Translations under genes and position numbers: made by a program | Source of the DNA: an uncultured Alphaproteobacteria bacterium | GTDB lineage: Bacteria > Pseudomonadota > Alphaproteobacteria > Rs-D84 | NCBI GenBank assembly: GCA_947053455.1 | Contig: CAMRSV010000001.1 | Location: forward strand, 1-64,000 | Length of the DNA stretch: 64,000 bases | Direction of reading: 5' to 3' | The notes under the pieces: generated by a model | Databases searched by the model: none | What the model saw: the letters and a program-made list of their open reading frames with translations, nothing else | Told to the model about the DNA's origin: nothing | Shown: one piece after another, positions 59,336-64,000 of the stretch | How the letters are laid out: each line of letters starts with the position of its first letter | Position numbering within the stretch: the first letter of the stretch is position 1

Positions 59336-59419
59336 AACACCAGTTATGGCACAAATGCAATATTTTGTCAATAAATATTATATAAAATTATCCCGCATAT
59401 AATGGGTGCGGGATTTTCA

Positions 59420-60139
59420 TTAAAACAAAATATTGACCTTAACACCCGCCTGCACATCATCACTTTCAAATTCATAATCTATGTGCCCAATGTACTGTGT
59501 GCGGCCATATTGGCGAACGACCTTCCCGCCCAACCATTCTTGGTCATAGTCTGGATTGGTCGCCTTGCGCCATGTAAAGTTCGCGCCCAATCTCCAATCG
59601 GGGGCAATGCGGAAATATGCCTCTGGCATAAAATCTATGTATGCCATACCGCGCTTATCATCAAATATCCAGTTTGACTTTATAGTAGCAGCCAAAGTCA
59701 TACCCGTCCATTGACGGCCAAAACGCAGACCCGCATAATATGTTGAATTGGCAAAATACGGTGTGCGCACATGCGAAGAACCACCGATTTTCACACCAAT
59801 CATAACATCCGATATTATACGTTCCGAATTATCCACCGCGGTCGCCATACGATACGTCGCCCCTAAATCAACAGCGGAAAATCCATTTTCGTCATCTTTA
59901 AAATCTTCTTGGTAATGAATATTGGCACCGATACTTAATCTATCGTTTAGGCCATATGACAAAACTTGGCCAAAGCGTAATATATGATTCCAATAAACCA
60001 GACTGGTTTGTGACAATATCGCGTTATCTTGCAGAATATACAGCGGATCGGCCGTATCACGCGCCAACAAATCGTCAGCCCGCGCTGCGCCGCACATGCA
60101 CATTGCTAATATTAAAACCGATAAAAATTTATACTTCAT
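59420..60139 (-). CDS. Putative outer-membrane beta-barrel protein
   Basis: Signal peptide, alternating beta-strand pattern, terminal Phe. Confidence 0.75.
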   Translation of the reverse strand: MKYKFLSVLILAMCMCGAARADDLLARDTADPLYILQDNAILSQTSLVYWNHILRFGQVLSYGLNDRLSIGANIHYQEDFKDDENGFSAVDLGATYRMATAVDNSERIISDVMIGVKIGGSSHVRTPYFANSTYYAGLRFGRQWTGMTLAATIKSNWIFDDKRGMAYIDFMPEAYFRIAPDWRLGANFTWRKATNPDYDQEWLGGKVVRQYGRTQYIGHIDYEFESDDVQAGVKVNILF

Positions 60140-60219
60140 AATAACACACCCCGTTTGTTATATAAATACTGCACACACATGCGCGCCGATGCGGCGCGCA
60201 TGTGCCGACACAATTGCGG

Positions 60220-61476
60220 TTAGAAATAAAATATAGCCTGCAAACCAACCGACGTTTCCGCATAATCCTTTAATTTTACAGAACCGATATCGGTCAGGCT
60301 GTTAAATCCGACGGCCGGTTCCATGAAATATAACGATAGATGCTTGTCATTTGCGCTGTCGTAAAACGCCGTTTTCGCATACAAGTTCAATGCAAACCAA
60401 TCGTTCGGCTGCCATCCGATTGCACCACGAACTGATGCCTGGTTGTGCCAATCATAGTATCCGAACACACCTTCCAGATTAAGCGTCCAGTCTTCATCTA
60501 AAACCGTAAATACACCGGCACCACCTTCTGCATAAAATATATTGTCATCTATATTTGTCTGGTACGCGATATAAGTCATAGCATAGTTGTTTTTATCTTT
60601 GTTTTCGACGGTGTTTCCATATGTATTGCCATCAAAATTCACATACCAACCACGCGCCAGACCATATATGGTTGACGAACCAACTTTATAACCGCCCTTT
60701 AATTCCAGAATGAAATTATTCGCGATATCCTTTTGGTGCTGGAAATATCCAGAAACATTGGCAATCCATTTATCATTGTCGACAAAACGCCAACGCGCCC
60801 CTATTCCGTACAAGTTCAAATCGTTATTGTCATCCTTGTCGTTGGGAATTAATGGATCGTCCCACTTGAATTTGTATTCCGAAAAATCATAGCGTAACAT
60901 CGCCATAAGTGCGATTGTATCCGTTATACCATAACTAAAATCTTCCTGAATAGAAAACTGATCCATGTTCCATTTTGCATTAAGTCCGTCAAGCAGCAAC
61001 TTATTGCTAACCGCGTCCGGCACGGTCTGGTGTATATTAAATTTGTAAGAATTTGTTAAATATGAAAAATCCGTAACAGAGCCAAACTTTCCTTGCAACG
61101 GTTGAAAGAACGGATGCGCCAGATAATATTTGCGTTTCATTTCACGCCGAACCGTTTCCGCGCGGGACGTGCGAACCGTCGTTTGTGTAGTGGTCATTGT
61201 TGATGATGTACGTGTGGCATCATAATCCTTGTACAATGCACTGCGATTGCGTGGCGCGGTATAATATATGTTTTTACCATCACCGGCGTTATAGGTGCGA
61301 TTCATTGTACGCGTTTCATATTTTTGATAATTTACGTTTTCACGCGTGCGTGTTGCCGGCATTCCGGTAAGATCCGCACTGGACGCAGCGCGAGTTCCAC
61401 CATTAGGCGCCGCCAAAACAGGCGACATACCAAACAACGCCACCGCCCAAACAAACAAAGACATCTGTTTTTTCAT
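60220..61476 (-). CDS. Putative outer-membrane beta-barrel protein
   Basis: Signal peptide, Thr/Arg-rich N-extension, aromatic-rich strands, ends QAIFYF. Confidence 0.78.
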   Translation of the reverse strand: MKKQMSLFVWAVALFGMSPVLAAPNGGTRAASSADLTGMPATRTRENVNYQKYETRTMNRTYNAGDGKNIYYTAPRNRSALYKDYDATRTSSTMTTTQTTVRTSRAETVRREMKRKYYLAHPFFQPLQGKFGSVTDFSYLTNSYKFNIHQTVPDAVSNKLLLDGLNAKWNMDQFSIQEDFSYGITDTIALMAMLRYDFSEYKFKWDDPLIPNDKDDNNDLNLYGIGARWRFVDNDKWIANVSGYFQHQKDIANNFILELKGGYKVGSSTIYGLARGWYVNFDGNTYGNTVENKDKNNYAMTYIAYQTNIDDNIFYAEGGAGVFTVLDEDWTLNLEGVFGYYDWHNQASVRGAIGWQPNDWFALNLYAKTAFYDSANDKHLSLYFMEPAVGFNSLTDIGSVKLKDYAETSVGLQAIFYF

Positions 61477-61546
61477 GATATAAATTCTCCTTGAATATAA
61501 ATATTATATCACAAATCGGAATTACAAAAAAGCATTAAAATATAAG

Positions 61547-61575
61547 AAAAAAGGCCGGCATTTGCCGGTCTTTTT
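61547..61575 (-). terminator. Intrinsic terminator after ftsK
   Basis: AAAAAAGGCCGGCA-tt-TGCCGGTCTTTTT. Confidence 0.75.
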
Positions 61576-63823
61576 ACAATATATGTCGTTTATTGTTTGC
61601 ATCGGGCGGACTGACAATTCCTTCCTGCTCCATACGTTCCATAAATCCTGCGGCCTTGTTATACCCTACCTGCAGTCTGCGCTGTATATATGAAATCGTC
61701 GGTTTTTTATCACGCAACACACATTCCTTTGCCTGTGTATAAAGGTCTGCGTCCTTTTCCGCCTTGCCGGGAACCGCCGGCGGCATTCCAGGTATTGCGG
61801 CGTCATCTGCATCATCAACAATTCCCGCGACATATTCCGGTTCGCCCTGCGCTTTCAAGAAATCTGCAATCTGGTTTATTTCCGTGTTTTCTATAAATGC
61901 GCCATGAATACGCACAGGTACACGGCCGGCCTCGCTAAACAACATGTCACCACACGCCAACAGATTTTCGGCACCCTTTTCACCCAATGTGGTCATAGAA
62001 TCGATATTGCTTCGCGCCTGGAATGAGATGCGCGTCGGGAAATTCGCCTTGATAACGCCGGTAATTGTCGTCGCATCCGGACGCTGGGTCGCCATAACCA
62101 GATGAATTCCGGCCGCGCGCGCCTTCTGCGCCAAGCGCTGCACACAAAGTTCTACATCCTTGCGCGCAATTGTCATAAGGTCGGCAACCTCGTCTATGAT
62201 GATAACCAAATACGGCATATCAGACATGTCGATTTCTTGAGTTTCGAATTCCAATTCGCCGGTTTCCGGATCTGTTCCAACCGCCACCTGGCGTGTCAAG
62301 ACTTCACCCGCCGCCCTCTTTTTTGCAATCGCTTCGTTATATCCCTCAATATTCTGAACCCCCAGCATCTGCAGACGCTTATAGCGTTCCTCCATCTCGC
62401 GAACAGACCATTTAAGACCGTTTACCGCCTCGTTTGCATCCTTCATAACAGGCGTAATCAAATGCGGAATATCATCCCAAAGCGTAAAGTCAACCCCCTT
62501 TGGGTCAACAATCATAAGTTTGCATTTGTCCGGTGTAAAATGATACAAAATCGACATTATTATTGATTGAACAAACACCGACTTACCCGAGCCTGTACGC
62601 CCTGCAATCAGAACGTGCGGCATTTTGGCCAAATCAAAGTACATGGGATTGCCGCCTATATCCACCCCCAGCGCCAACGGAATCTTATATTTACTGTTAA
62701 CGAACAACTGATTATCGACAAGCGACTGCATGCGAACAGTCTGCCGGTTCAGGTTAACCATTTCGACACCAATAAGTTCGGTTCGCGGTATATGCGCAAT
62801 ACGGATATTTTCCGTTGCCATGGCACGCGTCATATCCTTGACTGTTTTACTAATGTCCACCATGCGTACCCCGCTTTCAGGCATAAATTCGTAAAGCGTT
62901 ACAATCGGCCCTGGTCGTATTCCAACCACGCGTCCACGAACACCGTATTCAGCAAAATGAACTTCCATTGCGGCGGCATTACGTTTTAATTCAGGTGTTA
63001 CAATATTCTTTCCAAAATTAGAACGCTCCAAAAAGCGCGGATCTGGTAACTCATAATCATGCCCCTCTTCATTTGCACGCCCGCGACGTGATGCGCGACG
63101 CGCAGTGCTGCGCGCTTGACGACGCATGGTACGTTTAGGTGCGACAACCTCATCAGCATCTTCGTCCTCGTCTTCATCTGCTTCTTGTGCATCATACTCT
63201 TCATCAGACTCTTCATAATCACCGGTATTTGCCGGGGAAACCAAGTGAAATACGGACAAAACCCACCGGCCAGACCGATAAATCATTTTTACCGCAGACA
63301 TTATATTGACCCATCTTATATTAAGCAGCATCGCCCCCAGCAATAAAAACACCGCAAGCGCAAGAAAGCCAACCACAATTCCCCATGCCCCCAGCAATCT
63401 TGATACGTCCGCCCCAGCAATTGCGCCGATAAGACCACCATATGTTCCCATGGGGGCAATTATGCCAAATCCGGCAGCCCCAGAAAATGTTGCGATAAAG
63501 CCGCGCAACAAATCATATTCAGGCGCCAAACCCAGCCCCCCTCCAATCATAAGAATAAGGCCAGTGCGCATGATACATAGCAGCACAAACAAACTTGGGA
63601 CAAAACCAATAAAATATCTTACGGCACCAACAATGTTTCCCATCAATGACTGCACCCCAAATGTACCGGCGGCTGCAAAACCATCAAGATACGGGTTATG
63701 AAAAAATAATGTTACAGTTGCCCAAATTCCCAGCGCCAGTATCACAACACCCAGCACCCTGGCAATTACACTTTTTAATGCCCCTGATACGCTGTCCGGT
63801 AAAAATTTCGATTTCCTTTCCAT
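61574..63823 (-). CDS. ftsK: DNA translocase FtsK
   Basis: N-terminal TMs, PGP.VT.YE, MPH.LIAG.TGSGKSV, IDEVADLM, ARAAGIHL..ATQRP, gamma domain IQRRL.VGYNKAA. Confidence 0.97.
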   Translation of the reverse strand: MERKSKFLPDSVSGALKSVIARVLGVVILALGIWATVTLFFHNPYLDGFAAAGTFGVQSLMGNIVGAVRYFIGFVPSLFVLLCIMRTGLILMIGGGLGLAPEYDLLRGFIATFSGAAGFGIIAPMGTYGGLIGAIAGADVSRLLGAWGIVVGFLALAVFLLLGAMLLNIRWVNIMSAVKMIYRSGRWVLSVFHLVSPANTGDYEESDEEYDAQEADEDEDEDADEVVAPKRTMRRQARSTARRASRRGRANEEGHDYELPDPRFLERSNFGKNIVTPELKRNAAAMEVHFAEYGVRGRVVGIRPGPIVTLYEFMPESGVRMVDISKTVKDMTRAMATENIRIAHIPRTELIGVEMVNLNRQTVRMQSLVDNQLFVNSKYKIPLALGVDIGGNPMYFDLAKMPHVLIAGRTGSGKSVFVQSIIMSILYHFTPDKCKLMIVDPKGVDFTLWDDIPHLITPVMKDANEAVNGLKWSVREMEERYKRLQMLGVQNIEGYNEAIAKKRAAGEVLTRQVAVGTDPETGELEFETQEIDMSDMPYLVIIIDEVADLMTIARKDVELCVQRLAQKARAAGIHLVMATQRPDATTITGVIKANFPTRISFQARSNIDSMTTLGEKGAENLLACGDMLFSEAGRVPVRIHGAFIENTEINQIADFLKAQGEPEYVAGIVDDADDAAIPGMPPAVPGKAEKDADLYTQAKECVLRDKKPTISYIQRRLQVGYNKAAGFMERMEQEGIVSPPDANNKRHIL

Positions 63824-63878
63824 CTTTTATCCCCCGATATCCCAGGTATGTCCCATAAATGCCACGATTCGACAAATT

Positions 63879-63998
63879 CTAAATACGGGAACATATTGCC
63901 GATTTCGCAAAGTCTGCAAACACCATTCCGACAAAGGCGCCCAGCAAAATATCCGTGGGCCAATGCGCGCCCGCACACACCCTTGACGCCCCAACAAC
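63879..63998 (-). CDS. 3' end of a PAP2-family phosphatase (cut by the window edge)
   Basis: Manual translation VVGASRVCAGAHWPTDILLG...CSRI*; SRxxxxxHxxxD motif. Confidence 0.85.
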   Translation of the reverse strand, partial: VVGASRVCAGAHWPTDILLGAFVGMVFADFAKSAICSRI

Positions 63999-64000
63999 AA

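Noticed and set aside
1-64000. CRISPR array, prophage, IS element or integron
   Set aside because: No regularly spaced repeats, and no integrase, transposase or phage structural genes recognised

Overview
Gene-dense chromosomal segment of a small-genome alphaproteobacterium, indicated by alpha-type ParE, MucR/Ros, RHH_4, Zn-less DksA and GatCAB. The short intergenic spaces, fragmented operons and many Cys-rich secreted proteins suggest an uncultured gut-type lineage such as Rs-D84/Ca. Enterousia; that placement is inference only. Most genes are housekeeping: dnaJ, parE, dnaA, dprA, plsY, rpsT, suf genes, gatCAB, miaB, tatABC, lolA, recJ, ftsL/ftsI, trxA, dksA, thrS, gltX, trmB, rarA, fabD, ftsK, tRNA-Phe and tRNA-Lys. 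I saw no integrase, transposase, reverse transcriptase, CRISPR array or rRNA. Top finding: two paralogous Cys-rich secreted-protein genes (17599-18243 on -, 42852-43454 on +) each lie behind a ~220-nt structured leader. The leaders share one architecture but differ in primary sequence, and two long-range complementary pairs covary between them. This is the layout of phage P1/P7 C4 and P4 CI antisense immunity RNAs, but here there is no phage context. Other highlights: a conserved ~63-aa C-terminal domain on Cys-rich proteins next to a type IVb pilus secretin/TcpQ pair; a Thr5 leader peptide upstream of thrS; a YbeY-Lnt fusion; a degenerate HNH plus SMI1/KNR4 pair; a lysozyme-like TPR protein; and a SodC-fold lipoprotein lacking His ligands. 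All family assignments come from reading motifs by eye, not from database searches.
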